Position numbers and translations under genes: made by a program. A DNA stretch of 64,000 bases from Botryllus schlosseri (Eukaryota): NCBI GenBank assembly GCA_051294905.1, contig CM119371.1, forward strand, positions 12,526,001 through 12,590,000, written 5' to 3'. Under the pieces are notes generated by a model. The model made no database searches and was not told the DNA's origin. It worked only from the letters and a program-made list of their open reading frames with translations. Shown in pieces: positions 14,400 through 27,101 of this stretch; positions within the stretch are counted from its first letter, which is position 1; every line of letters starts with the position of its first letter.

Positions 14400-14570
14400 G
14401 AGTTCGGCTATCTTTTCCGCTCGGCTTATCAAGTCGCTGTATTCACAGCGGGATCGGCGATGAGAAATCAGATAAATCTCCATCACATAACAACCTCACA
14501 GAGTTGAGACTCGAACCAGTAACCATTGGTGTCCTGACTGCAGTATTTAACAAACTGTGTCACTCGCCGT
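14400..14570 (-). mobile_element. tRNA-derived SINE (degenerate)
   Basis: Shares agtcaggacaccaatgg...ggttcgagtc with the 9150-9325 copy. Confidence 0.55.
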
Positions 14571-14982
14571 TAATTTCTACCAAGTTACAATAAGAAATCA
14601 TTCTTTGGATGCGACAACTATGTCCATGCACAGTAAATGACAAATGCCTCGAAAAACAGTTTTGTGACTGTTGCCTATCAGATTTCGATTACAAAACACC
14701 AAATCAATTTAATTCACAGACTGTCACACTGCTATATATATAAATTGAGCGCTTCTGACTAGAAATGAATTCCGGTCTCGTCTATGATGCAGTTTGGTAT
14801 CTCAAACAGAACACCGGCATAACAGATGAAAGCATATAAAACGACACATTAATACAAGTGAGAATGCCTTTTTCGTTATGAAACTACAAAAACTCAACGG
14901 AATGGGCTGTTTATGTTTTGATAGTGAGCGGTCTATCACTGTCACCGTTTCGTGTACTAACTGGTTCGTTCTGTTGATTCAG

Positions 14983-15228
14983 ATCAAACGATTGGCTGTT
15001 GCTACCACTTCCATCCAGGTGTTATTGGATTTAGTTTCAACTATCCATGCGGAGAATATCTACGTGCAAGAATGGGGTGGTATTCCTTTTGTGATAAGAT
15101 TTTGTGTGGCTCGACAAATAAAAGTCTTGTCTAAAGAGAACTGGCACAGGAGATTCACTATTCCTTGAATCCAATCGAATTCCGAACGATTTATATTGAC
15201 TTCACCGAACGTACGTACATGATCCAAG
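14983..15228 (+). pseudogene. Downstream exon of the LRR-like gene, possibly frameshifted
   Basis: TACTAAC branch point 14955-14961, ttgattcag acceptor; phase 0 IKRLAVATTSIQVLLDLVSTIHAENIYVQEWGG... continues the previous exon and stops at 15168, while another frame (ELAQEIHYSLNPIEFRTIYIDFTERTYMIQ) runs to a donor at 15229. Confidence 0.4.
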
Positions 15229-15310
15229 GTATTAACCTCTTATCAATTCCGAAATCCAAGTGGATGTGCATGTGCAGATATTCTGTATCACTTTTCCTGA
15301 TAGACTAACG

Positions 15311-16811
15311 CAGTGGTTCCCAACCTTTGTCATCTCGTGCCTAAATTTGGCCTAAATTTAAGCCAAAATTCTCCCCTTATAAGAAACCTGCCCGAGGAGT
15401 AAAAAAGGTCATTTTTACCATGCAAACAACTCTTGAACGAGAGAATAAGACGGGTGGCACCGAGTGGTTGTTTTTCTCGCAGGCTGTAACAACACTTTGT
15501 AGACCTCCAAAATCAACGGTCTTGGTCCCAATCAAACAAATTCTGGATGCCTTAACTCAACAGATCCCACACTTGGACTTGTGTTTTCGTCTTACCATGC
15601 ACCAATCGCTAATATAACTGCTGTGAAAAATCTTTATGCAGAAATTTACTGGTCTAGCGATTTTTTTCTTTCTAAAGTTTGCGTATGCATTTGGCCAATA
15701 ATATTGGTATTTTCATATATAGCAAGGTTGACCAGACTCGAGTCACCATTTTCTGATGACTCGACTTGACTCGAGTCATTTTCTCAAAACACGGAAACGA
15801 CTCGACTCGAGACAATTTGAGTATTGACTCAAGTTGGATTCAAGTCATTGTGCATAACTTGAACAAAGCCATAGGAATCGAGACTATAAGACAGCAAGTC
15901 CGACATTTCATTGTAATTTCGAAGAACAGTAAAGTGACCACCCTATTGGAATTTCTTCTATAGGTCCCAGTACTTGAAAATGCGACATGAAACTGCTCAA
16001 GTGAGGAAAATTAGTATATTATAAATCCAAATCATTCAATATCACTAAACGGAACAATCAACACAATGGCTTGGAATCGCACTCGAGTCATAATACCATG
16101 ACTCGGACTCGACCCTCTGCTCGGTGACTTGGAGTCGGACTTGACTCAATGGTGAATTGAAAATGACTCGACTTGACTCGAGTAAAAACTATAAAGGTGA
16201 GATTGACTTGTGACTCGGATCCTCGTGACTTGGTTACAGCTCTGAGATATAACATAGACGTGATCAGTATTCCTGTCGGAGCTCATTAAAATTCAGGACA
16301 TCCATTACGTCTCGGCACCATCGCGCCAAGTTTGACATGTCTTTTATCGATCTGACAGCTGTTCACTAAAAATAAAGCAAGGCTAGCTATCTCTTTAACT
16401 GGAATCGATGACGTTGGAATATGTTGACTTGAAAATATAAGATAAATACTTTCATTAGAGGCCTTGTTGTAATAGATTCGGCATGGCATTTGCTAGCTTA
16501 GGTTATATTTGATTGAGAAGCCGTCGCTGGTCTACAAAATTGTCTTGCGAACTGCAGCACATCTGAACTAGTCTCATTTTTTTAAAGGGAGGAGTTTGTA
16601 TGTGAAAAAGAGATTTCAAGTAGCATTTGTACATACGTTCAGCAAACAACAGCCATAAGGAGCATATACGTTCGAATATAACTGGTTGACTACATGATAG
16701 TTCGAATATGAGCAATTTGGGAAATCCGTTACAATTCCGAAATGGAATTCCTCCTAAAAAATCGCAAAATTCCCCCTAAGGGGGGAATTCCTCTCCGGTT
16801 GGGAACCACTG
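15311..16811. mobile_element. hAT MITE containing nested GACTCGAGTC MITE 15723-16244
   Basis: TIR cagtggttcccaacc...ggttgggaaccactg; TSD gactaacg/gactaaca. Confidence 0.9.
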
Positions 16812-17321
16812 GACTAACATGTTTCTAGGCCTATATAACGGTGGTATACGTGTTTACACTCCTTGCAATAACAGACTTTGATTCAACTCAACGATCAAAT
16901 GCTACTGGTAATGTCAATAAAATTGCAGAACTTTAATATTGCTTAAGTAATCTAACTAATCGGAATGTATGTATTGATATATGTATATGATGTTCCTATT
17001 ACCATAGCTGTATTTTCCATTACATCCGTACGACATCAAAATGTGAAAATGATTATGATTACATATGTAGATGTACCAATACTTTGTATGTCAAACATTG
17101 TCGGTGCTTTGGGAAGGAACTCAAAAATAGGATTTCATTGTACAACTCACAAAATGTGTAATATATGAAGCGATTATACGATACCCGGTAGTTGAGTGCG
17201 ATTAGCTATTATGACTTTTTTGCCGGATGATAGTAACTGACGATAGAATTCCATGTATTTCAGTGATTTTCCGTATCCTTATCGCCCTAATACCTAATAT
17301 CGTGATTTGATGACCAGCCAT

Positions 17322-18402
17322 TAGGGATGGTGTGAACGTGAGGTTCACGTTCGCGTTCTGTGTGTGAACCTCGGAAATTTAGAGGTTCACGTTCACAAAC
17401 GAACCTTGGTAGGTTCTGCACTGTGAACCTTTTTCGTATCTTACAAGTTTCACTTCATTATAACATCTTTGGTTGAAATTTATTGCATTTCAATTGCAGG
17501 CCGCACTCTATGCATGGCGTTAGCAGCATAAAAATCCACATTACCCCTGACGAGTATCATCCGAAAATATTCGGGTTCATTTCAATATGAATATGCTATT
17601 TAATTGTATATTGAAGTTCTGTACCTCGAAGAAGCTCTTAAAAATCCACACTAAACAGGCAGGCACCTTGAGAAGCTCAAACATTATACTTGTTTTGTTA
17701 CTAAAGTTAGCTCGAAATATCTAGATTTCTGTTTGTGAATCTTTAATGACTCTCTGCTGTGGCCTTGACCTGAAATCACACAACAGCATGGGCGAAACAC
17801 ACTATATGTAGGTAGCCAGCGAATGATACTTATTGAACTAATCAATGAAGTTGATGTCGTTGTCGGATGTAAAAAATCTTGATTTCATATGTTTATTGTA
17901 TCATAAAATCCAAATCCGTGCGATTGGAGTGTTGGCTACTGCTGCATAACGTGTTAAGGGTTAATCATATAGGTAGAAAGCACAGACAACCGTTTTACAC
18001 TCTGCTACACATAAACGTAGCAATAATCAGACGACGACTACATTGTCTGGTTAAGGCACAATCTTATATTCCCTTGCAAGTCCTCGTCGAAATTGTTAGA
18101 TAAGCGACGGAAGGTATTGATTTTATGGAAGCGTTATATCATTTGATTGTCCCCGATGATACATTTGGCGACGTTTAAAACGTCAATATGTACTTCAGCA
18201 TTATGGCATTATGTGACCCGAGTCGTCGCTAGATATTGTGTTCATTAATATAGAGGCTATCACTTCACTGAAGTGTAGGGTTGGAATTAGCAATATCACG
18301 TCACGTGACGTCACGAGGTTCATGTTCGCGTTGACACAGAACCTTTCACAAAGATTCGCGTTCACACGAACCTGAACCTTTCGGTGGTTCACACCATCAC
18401 TA
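17322..18402. mobile_element. hAT MITE (TAGGGATGGTGTGAAC TIR, GTTCAC/GTGAAC repeats)
   Basis: TIR tagggatggtgtgaac...gttcacaccatcacta; perfect TSD ccagccat; partial inverted copy ~35715-35815. Confidence 0.92.
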
Positions 18403-19079
18403 CCAGCCATATAGTGTGCGCGTCTATGAGTAGGGATTTGGGCATTAGTGGTATACCTTATATCTTTTAGCGATTTCAATTAGAATATGCCTCGTACAGT
18501 TTTACGTAAGTCAATGAAGATGAAAGTTATTCAGCATCCAAATAAGTAATTTACATGTGCGTCAGTTACAATTCCTAATTTGTGTTATGTAAAATTTTCG
18601 GCAAGCAACGTAATGTGACAACGCGATATGGTAGCCAAAGATAAACAGTGTATTTTAAATAGGTCTATTTGATACTGTAATAGAATTCGTTTTACACAGA
18701 ACACAAAACCCTCTTATATTCTCATTTTTGTGTAGAGTGCTCACTCCTCGTGCTTACACGTGATTAGCCATATATGCCATTGCACGTAAATTATCTAAAG
18801 ATATGGCAAGATATAGCAAGTAGTAGCAGGCAAGCAGTATCCATCGATACTCTTCAAGTGTCATATATAGGTAACGCGACCCTACCACAGGCGGATCCAG
18901 GTCTCTGTCACTTCTAACAAATCATCCGTAGGAGATCCTGCAAAGCGCGAATAAATTAGTTTGGTAGAAAGCAAATTTATACTCCACGCGACCATTATTT
19001 TCAGAACTCCTGGCTTATACCCAGGGTCCCTTCACTGGAGTCTAACATATCGGACTGTGCGTATACCGTATATCGCAGG

Positions 19080-21742
19080 TAGGGCTGTGGAGTCGTGGTC
19101 AAAGTCGGTGGAGTCGGAGTTTGGCTCATTTTCGCTTGATTGAGTGAGTCGGAGTCGTGAAAACTTTAATGGCTGGTGTCGGAGTCGGAGTCGTGGGGAA
19201 ATACTGACTGGAGTCGGAGTCGGAGTTTATGAACATGACCCTGACGTCGACTCTGACTCCCGATTCCAACTTCTCTATCATGAAAACAATTGCTTTCAAA
19301 GGATTTTCAATAGAATTTTTATGAACCACCAATCACGGTTTTTAATTACCATGCAGATCAAGTGCGGCCGACCCGTGGTACGCAGGCCAGATTCTAGACC
19401 GCGAGAAGGTTCTGTATGACCTCTGCAAGATAATTCCCGAAATTATCTAAAACATCTGGTAAAATGACAAGGCCAGCCAAAATTTGATTAGCCTGACCGC
19501 GAAATTTGATGATGACTAAAACATCAGTTCCGACGCATTGACGTATCCAGAGGCCAGCCACATTTATCGCAGATCTTCGTATATGGCCATAATGTAGACT
19601 ATTCCGCATCAGATTTATTTGAATTAAAATTTTTCACGGCACTTTGCGTGATTTATTGTCACTAGATTGCTTGCATTCAGTATTGGAGCCCCCTCTGAAA
19701 ATTATAGATACATGTTATTCACAGAATTGAGTCTAACTATATTCTCAATTAGAAGATAACGTGTCGTCCAACATGCGGCTTCGCTTGTGCACTCGCAGCG
19801 AGATCGTCGACGACGAAGCATTTGTAGAAAATGGTGAGGCATGTTCACCGAAACCGTAGATATATTGCCCTGTCTAAACGTCGAATAATCCTATACTTGC
19901 CAAACAAGCCCACTGGTATACAGAACAGATGTGACTCAAATATATGGTAACATATTTATTGATAGAATTCAGTCATTACCTTTGAAAAAATTTCGCGCTT
20001 GGCGCGACCAGGGCATGGCTGCACACTATGGCAGTTCAAAAATAACTTTTTTGCCGGATTCCAGTCATTCACTGCTTAAATTGTCAGGTTACCTTAAAAA
20101 ATGCTGCACACCAAATTTCTCTCAATTCTAACAATATAGGACTCCGCAGATCCAATTAAAAATTTTGATTTATTAGGGGAAAATTGAAAGAAAAAATTTA
20201 ATTTTTTTTTGCAAACCGCATCAAATTGTTGAGCTGTCTTCGAAGCCGATGCAAAACAAATTTGACTCAATTTCGACTAGTAGAAGTGGAGTTATGTGAG
20301 TTTATCGATGATAATCCTCGGATTATCCTTGATCGTTAGATAATCCCAGAATTATCAAGGAAAAACTCACATAACTCCGCTTCTACTGGTCGGAATTAAG
20401 TCAAATTTGTTTTGCATGGTCTTTGAAGACAGCTCAACATTTTAATGTGATTGGCAAAAAATTTTTGAATTAAAAAAAAAAAATTTTCCCCAATAAATTA
20501 AAAATTTTAATTGGATCTGCGGAGTCCTATACTTGTTTGAATTGAACCAAATTTGGTGTGTAGCGTTTTTTAGGGTAACCTGACAATTTAATAAGTGAAT
20601 GGCTGTAATCGAGGGAAAAAGTTATTTTTGAACAGCCCTACTGCACACTGCACAGTTGCATGACATAATTGTTATCAATGTTAGAGCGTTGTAATATATG
20701 TATTGTTTGCAATGTTACCTAATTCGGCTCGCTCCTAACGGACGACTAAAAAAGGTTATCAACATTCCAGTTGCCCGCGCCATGGATCTTGAATCTCATG
20801 TGTCCCTTTGGCCGAACAAGTTGGCCAACTCTGATATCAATAAAATTAGACATTACTTGCAAATTACAATTAAGTGGCATAGAGGAAGAAAATCGCAATA
20901 TGTATTTTCGCGATGCAGTCAAAATTATGCATTTTTTGGAATTATACCATGATACTGTGACAGAGCAAATGCATCGGCTCGTTATGTAAAATTGATGTAA
21001 ATATAACCAAACAATTTTTCCCACTTGAAAAAATTAGAAATATTTGTAGTGTAGCTTAGATGTTTGTGTCGATAAAATGATCAAGAAAGACTGCAAGTCC
21101 TGGTCCTTTAATACTTGACTAAGTGCATGTGGACAAGACATATGCTATTTGACAAGGCTATGATATTTGACTAAACTACTTGCTAGATTTCATTTATGAG
21201 CAATGTCAATTAGTAGCAAGAGTGTGTGTGCTTGTAATCAGTATAGTATGTAATGAGAAAATTAGTAAGTTCAATCTCTGTAACAGTTGCTGACTCATAC
21301 ACATGCGCAAGAGCTACACTTGTATTTTGTATCTACATTTTATTTATACAGGATTGGATACATGTCACATTTGAATGATCAACACCTAATAGGATATTAA
21401 AGAGTCCATGTTATAAAAACTTATAAAACATGAAAAAAGGAATGATATTTATCAAATTATTCCTTCATATTAATTGCATAGCAGATAATTCAAGCCGTGC
21501 CACAATGAAACAATTTTGCATGCCCACGTTAATCATATGCTTGCATATGTTTAATGGTCGTATGATAGTCATTCCACCAACAGTGTGGCATATAATTTTC
21601 AAAGTAAACTGGTAATACTGTTGGAGTCGGAGTCGAAGTCGGTACATTTGAAGACTCAGGAGGCGGAGTCGGTATGTTGAAAATGTTTGGAATCGAGTCG
21701 GAGCCGGAGTCGGTGGTAAAATTTACCGACTCGACAGCCCTG
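19080..21742. mobile_element. hAT MITE with GGAGTC subterminal repeats, carrying nested elements
   Basis: TIR tagggctgtggagtcg...cgactcgacagccctg; perfect TSD atcgcagg. Confidence 0.9.
20027..20640. mobile_element. Fold-back (nearly fully palindromic) hAT MITE
   Basis: ~300-bp arms are reverse complements; perfect TSD ctgcacac; half copy at ~45875-46157. Confidence 0.92.
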
Positions 21743-21927
21743 ATCGCAGGGGTCGCTGACTTTTTACGCCTGAAGAGCCATATTGACCCTATTAAACCCA
21801 TTTTAACTTTCAAAGAGCAATACCAGTCAAATTACAAGTCACAATTAAAAATTCATGACGTCTTGGTAGCACTAATTTGAACTCACTCAGGACCGCAACT
21901 GTCGCACGGCAAACCCCTGTGAGTTCT

Positions 21928-22269
21928 GAAGGAAGGAGGGAAGGAAGGACGTAGTTTATTTTTGTCCTTGATGGTTTTGCGGCATACACACCAACTCATG
22001 ATACACATACACACAGTCTGTGCATATGCATACCATGAGAGCATGATGTGCATATGCCGCTGGACAAGGAAGTGCAGATATAGACTTTACAGCTTTCTAA
22101 GTCATGCACCACCCCTCCATGCTATCCCAGTAATGCATGAGCGCCAAGCAGGGAAGCCATGGATACCAGTGTTACTAATCAGGTCTTTGGTCTGACCCGG
22201 CCGGAAATCGAACCCACGACCTACCGATCAAGAAGCCGGACGCTTAACCATTTCGCTATCTTGTCGGTC
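21928..22269 (-). mobile_element. Full-length tRNA-derived SINE with (CCTT)n tail
   Basis: A box TAGCGAAATGG, B box GGTTCGATTTCC, central accaaagac...ggtatccatggcttccctgcttggcgctca, tail ccttccttcc at 21928-21948. Confidence 0.8.
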
Positions 22270-22356
22270 AATTCATGTGACTACCACAAATTTACTTTTT
22301 TCGTAGGAAAGCGCCAATGTAACGTCATGTTCAGAAAAAGTCTCCTGCAGCCCATG

Positions 22357-22732
22357 CCCAACCACCCGGTATTGTCACGAGCCGCCACTGTGTAATATAT
22401 ATGTTGATGATGAGCACGAATGGGCATGAAATTATTTCGAAAATAAATATAAAATACTGCGATTTAATATAATACAATTTTTACTTTTTAATGTGGGTAT
22501 ACCCATACCTACCCGACAAAAATAGGCATCATTTATAAAAATAAAAAAAATACATTTGGGACCTGTTATCATTTCTCCACGATACACTTGCCAATACATT
22601 TTAATTTTCGGTCAACATGCTATTTCCTTCAGTGTGAACCAAACAACGCTGAAAATGACATCCGCATGTTTGCCGAAACCATCAACATATATATTACACA
22701 GTGGCGGCTCGTGACAATACCGGGTGGTTGGG
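22357..22732. repeat. Perfect 53-bp inverted repeat with 270-bp spacer
   Basis: 22357-22409 is the exact reverse complement of 22680-22732. Confidence 0.95.
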
Positions 22733-24014
22733 GTTTTCCAACAACAGAAATCAAAAATACAGGATCAGTGACTTTAGATTTACAACGAAATCAGACAGAA
22801 TGAAATATACTATTTCGTGATTCGCAGTATTGCGACGGCGCATAAACGTCCCGCATAAACACATCCACCATATTGGCATTTTATATATTTACAGCGTATG
22901 TTGTAATTTTGAGGTATACGGCTACGGCATGATGCGTGACATTTTGATTGCTACTTTATATCAGCCTTCTTCAGCATTCGATCAAATCTTTTCACTAATT
23001 TTGCGCTTTTCACTTCAGTGGCTTGTACAGCGTCGATGCCAGCTTTTATCAGAGAATTCGGCACAACAGCTGTCCAAGTGCAGTCCAGTCATAAATTTTC
23101 CACTTCAGCCACGGTTTCTTGTACACGCCGCATCGAGTTGATTGCATTGCCGATCGACTTGATGTCTAGGTCATTTTCCTCTGATTTTAGTTTCAAAGCG
23201 TCTATGATGAAATAGTGAAAGTTATAAAGTTGCATCTCATCTGCAAATTCTAATGTTGAACAGTAAAAGTAGACACATTTCCATATCACACAGAAATTAC
23301 AACTAGGGCCCAGCTCAACGCTTCGAGTAGTGAAATGATACGTGCTTTTTCCCATTAGTTATATTGTCTGTCAATGGTAATTGTTAATGTCGAATGGTCC
23401 TATCATAGCATCCCAGTCATACAAGTAGCCTATAATCCAAAGTTACGTGCGTTAGTGAAAATGACAAAAACGGGAATCACTCGGGTTTTCGATTTAGTAA
23501 CGTCCTGATATTACAAACAATAAACAGCTAACTATCATGCAGCCATCACAAGTGAGAAAGTCCTTCTATCTAGTCCTCACTTCGAAATAAATCGTAAAAG
23601 TCTTTTAACCGCAATGTACAAGGTGAAGTAAAGCTGTAATTCAGGAAGTTTACTGAAAGAGGGTTTTAAAGTTTTGACGTCTTCAAGTTTCAACTTATGT
23701 CGATAGGATTTGCATCAATGTTACCAGTGATATCGCAAAACCAGTATTGGCAGTACATGTCAATATCATGGTCAAAGTAGTCAGCGGCGTTACTCAAGTA
23801 GAACGTGACGTATCGGTACGAATTTCTGCTCAATTACAAGTTCAAATAACAAGTGAAAGTAATGGATAAGAAATTTGAAAACTAATCGAGTAAGTACTTT
23901 TTAAAATAAGCCTTGGTCGAGGGGTCGCATACTTGTGGCGGATAGTACGAGATACCTATCTTTATACCTGCAAGATATATCCGCTCTGCCATTACATAAA
24001 TTATTGTGGGCGAT

Positions 24015-24156
24015 TAGGGCGATTTTTTTACCTTAAAACGGAAGAGTCTGACCCAATGAATCTAAATTTTGACTTTGTTTTACCTAAAAAAAACTAAATT
24101 TTGACCAAACTTTCACCTAACGTATACAAATTTGGACATTTCAAAAAATAGCCCTA
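24015..24156. mobile_element. Short MITE (TAGGGCGATTTTTT TIR)
   Basis: tagggcgattttttt...aaaaaatagcccta; related end at ~31327. Confidence 0.6.
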
Positions 24157-24191
24157 GTCATTATATCAGGAGGTCCAGTATTCAATAAAGT

Positions 24192-24760
24192 TGAATAAAG
24201 CCTTGTGATTCGCATATTACACCACGTTTCTGCAATATCGTTCTGTCTCCCGTTTCATACACTATTTCTGATATACGCACACTTCTTTCTATGTCTGTAG
24301 AATCTGGATACAGTATTGTGGTATAGTGACACGTTTGATGGTATCAATACCATGAATAATAGGAACAATAGGTTAATGACATTTTTGCATCTACGGATTA
24401 GCCTATTAAACATATATATAACTTCCAAACTTTGAATTGAAATGAATAATCAATCTGCCATCATGATTATACGAATTTTGAAAGTACTCACATTTTTGGT
24501 ACATCCACCAGGCCAACTGCAAATGAAAAATTTCATGAATATAGGATTATGTATGAGAAGCTACGAGTGGACTATAATACCCACTCAAAGCGCACAATAG
24601 AACAACTTAACAACTGTCATGGTCATATTGCCGTAATATTGAGTACCTAATAGTCTCAGGGCTATCGTAGGCATACTTACTTGCAAGGTGGTCCGTACAC
24701 CATATTTGTGGCATTACCACTGACAGTGAAGAACAGCAACAGCACTGAAAGCGACTTCAT
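24192..24760 (-). CDS. Small secreted C-x5-C peptide precursor, copy P1 (exons 1-2 clear, 3' end uncertain)
   Basis: Exon 1 24760-24681 MKSLSVLLLFFTVSGNATNMVYGPPC AA|gtaagt (phase 2); exon 2 24516-24492 (tttttcatttgcag|T TGG CCT GGT GGA TGT ACC AAA AAT|gtgagt) gives ...PPCNWPGGCTKN. A downstream segment ~24303-24192 reads DSTDIERSVRISEIVYETGDRTILQKRG..., echoing DIE/IILQK of P3, but needs phase 1 whereas exon 2 ends in phase 0. Confidence 0.6.
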
Positions 24761-26834
24761 ACTAATGGCAATTGAAGCTTTCGAATCTAAATGTGAAGTC
24801 ACGCAATTATCACTAAGAAAATAACAAATGATTCTACTTGCAACAATCTTCGCCAACTTTTCAGATTACAATTACAATTATATCCGCTCAGGATATAGAA
24901 GGCGTGCCGCAAACCGCGACGCGCAGAAGGGTTTCCTTTTGGCGCTGTAAGATAGCTTTGGTGAATTTGCTCCAATTCCTACTGTGTTAAATGAGAAACT
25001 AAAAAGTTAGCTTGCCGAACACTAACTCTAGTTAATGTTTGTATAGTCATGTCACTAGAAATGTGCTTCACCAAACCAAGTAAAGTCTGTCCGTGAACCT
25101 AGAAGTATTTCCTATGTTCCGTTTGATATCCGTATGAATCAGTGGCTTTACGCAAAGCGTGTCTCCGTAATCGGGACATTACGCTGCAAAGTTAATCACA
25201 CATATTAAGTCATCGTTATTGCGTTCCGAGGACAGTTTGTTTGCCATAGTGATAAACGAATCTGTTGTAGGCTACATGAAGAAACATGGATATTCTGCGA
25301 TCGCAACGACTTATTGATAGCATCATAAAAATCATCCTTCATAGTCCCGAAGGCAGTCAAACTGAAACGATTCCATCACTACTATTTGGAAGCGTTGCAG
25401 TCCATATTTATTCGGAAGCTGAAGTTTCATAAGAAGATACTTCCGCGTTGTTGGGAAGTTAAGTTCAACAAATGCTTCTTAGTAGCAAAGACGCGCCGGA
25501 GATTCCAGTGTAATTTAGATACGTCCTATCCAAATCGCAGTTTTTGAAGACAGACCGACCCACCGACAAATATTACCGCCAAGCTTTCTGCCTCTACCTT
25601 CCTGTGCGTGATTCCTTTCGCGCAAAAGCTTTTATGTCTGAAATGCAACGAAGGCGTTGGGAACTTTGACACATTAACTTATTTTGATACTTCTATTATC
25701 TAGTTAACCTAACTAATCGGCAGTAAATGCAGATAGTGCGCAGTCCCTGTTATGTCTGGTGATTTCGATTTCCTCGCAAATTGAAACAAAGATAGGGAGT
25801 AAATGGGTGCTCCACTGCAATCGTTCCTTGCGGTATCATTATTTGGATGCTCCCAGGTTACACTGTTGATCATTATTCTGTGTATGTGACATCTTGCATC
25901 TTGGATATCCTCACGCAACAGCAGCAGCAGCAGCATCAGCTCATTAATAAAATTTCCCTTGTTAATGACTGAATTTGTTGTACTAATATATGACAGCAAC
26001 AGAAGTTGTTGGCTAATAGTACCTTACTGGTCGTGATCATGTCCGTGTGGGGGTTGTAATTATTCGGGGAATTTCCAGATATCATTGTCCTGATATGCAG
26101 CTACGATTACAGGACTGGCCTTTGGTAAGATTTTGGTCTCCGGTCTCGAGAGCCAGCTACGACTGAGCCAAACATGTGTCGGTCAAAACCGAGGTAAAAA
26201 GGCGGGATTGCGACAGGCGGCATCTTCCGGCGTCAAGCTCTTGCCAACTATGATGTGCATGAGTGAGCACAGATCTGCTGTGGTAAGTCAAAACGCAAGA
26301 GGAACAGGAGGTCTTTCTATCATTATCCTACCTTGCACGGACGGACTAGACATCGCGAATATTAGTTTAAGGTAGCTGATAATGGTTGGTATACTCCAGT
26401 GGTAAATGGTTATTGATTGGAATATTCATATTTAACAGTGCGCTCAAGTACTGTATATTATCACAATTTGTATCGATGTAGATCTATGCCGGATGCTTGC
26501 GCCTCTTTAATTCCAAATTTGTTTCGACTTAGATCAGTCACATCTGCGTCCGTATACTAGAGACAGCGAGACGCGGCTATAACGGATGTTTCGAAACTCT
26601 ACTCAGAGTCGCGGATATCTTGAGGCATTAAGATTACTGAAATCGCTCTGCGTCTTCCTAAGTAGTTGCCACCACTGCACAAGCACTTCCTAGGTTTTAC
26701 TGACGTGAATTATATGCAAAAGTCCTGGAAGTAACACATGCTCTAAAGATAATAATACTAAATGTCACCAGCGCGACAAAATGACCAAAAGTGTCTATTG
26801 CCAAAATGAATTCACAGATTCAGGAACTATAAAC

Positions 26835-27101
26835 CAGGGTTATCATATTTTGGAGATATGAAAAGAGGACACTTTTTCCAAATTTTTGGACTTGCAATAC
26901 CGGAGGAAAATCCTGCAAAATGGTAAATTCGTCCCACTTCGTGGTCGTTTGACTAACATAAAAGGTCAACTTACCGGCTCAGCTCCAGAGATAACCGACG
27001 GAGCGTTACTTCAGTGCTGATTCGATGTATCTCAGTCGAGATTTGCCCTATATTTAACCAAAATTCTCAAAATAAGAGGACAAAATATCAAAATAACCCT
27101 A
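26835..27101. mobile_element. hAT MITE (TAGGGTTACCATA family)
   Basis: Matches 62681-63033; absent from the paralogous inverted segment near 48450. Confidence 0.75.

Noticed and set aside
22951..23240. Minus-strand frame reading through TGA as ...VENL-U-LDC..., a possible UxxC selenoprotein
   Set aside because: No SECIS-like element was seen downstream, and the weakly similar segment at 45480-45810 is full of stops and lacks the motif; more likely a decayed frame.
25916..25940. (CAG)n tract as poly-Gln/poly-Leu coding
   Set aside because: Short microsatellite with no supporting exon structure.
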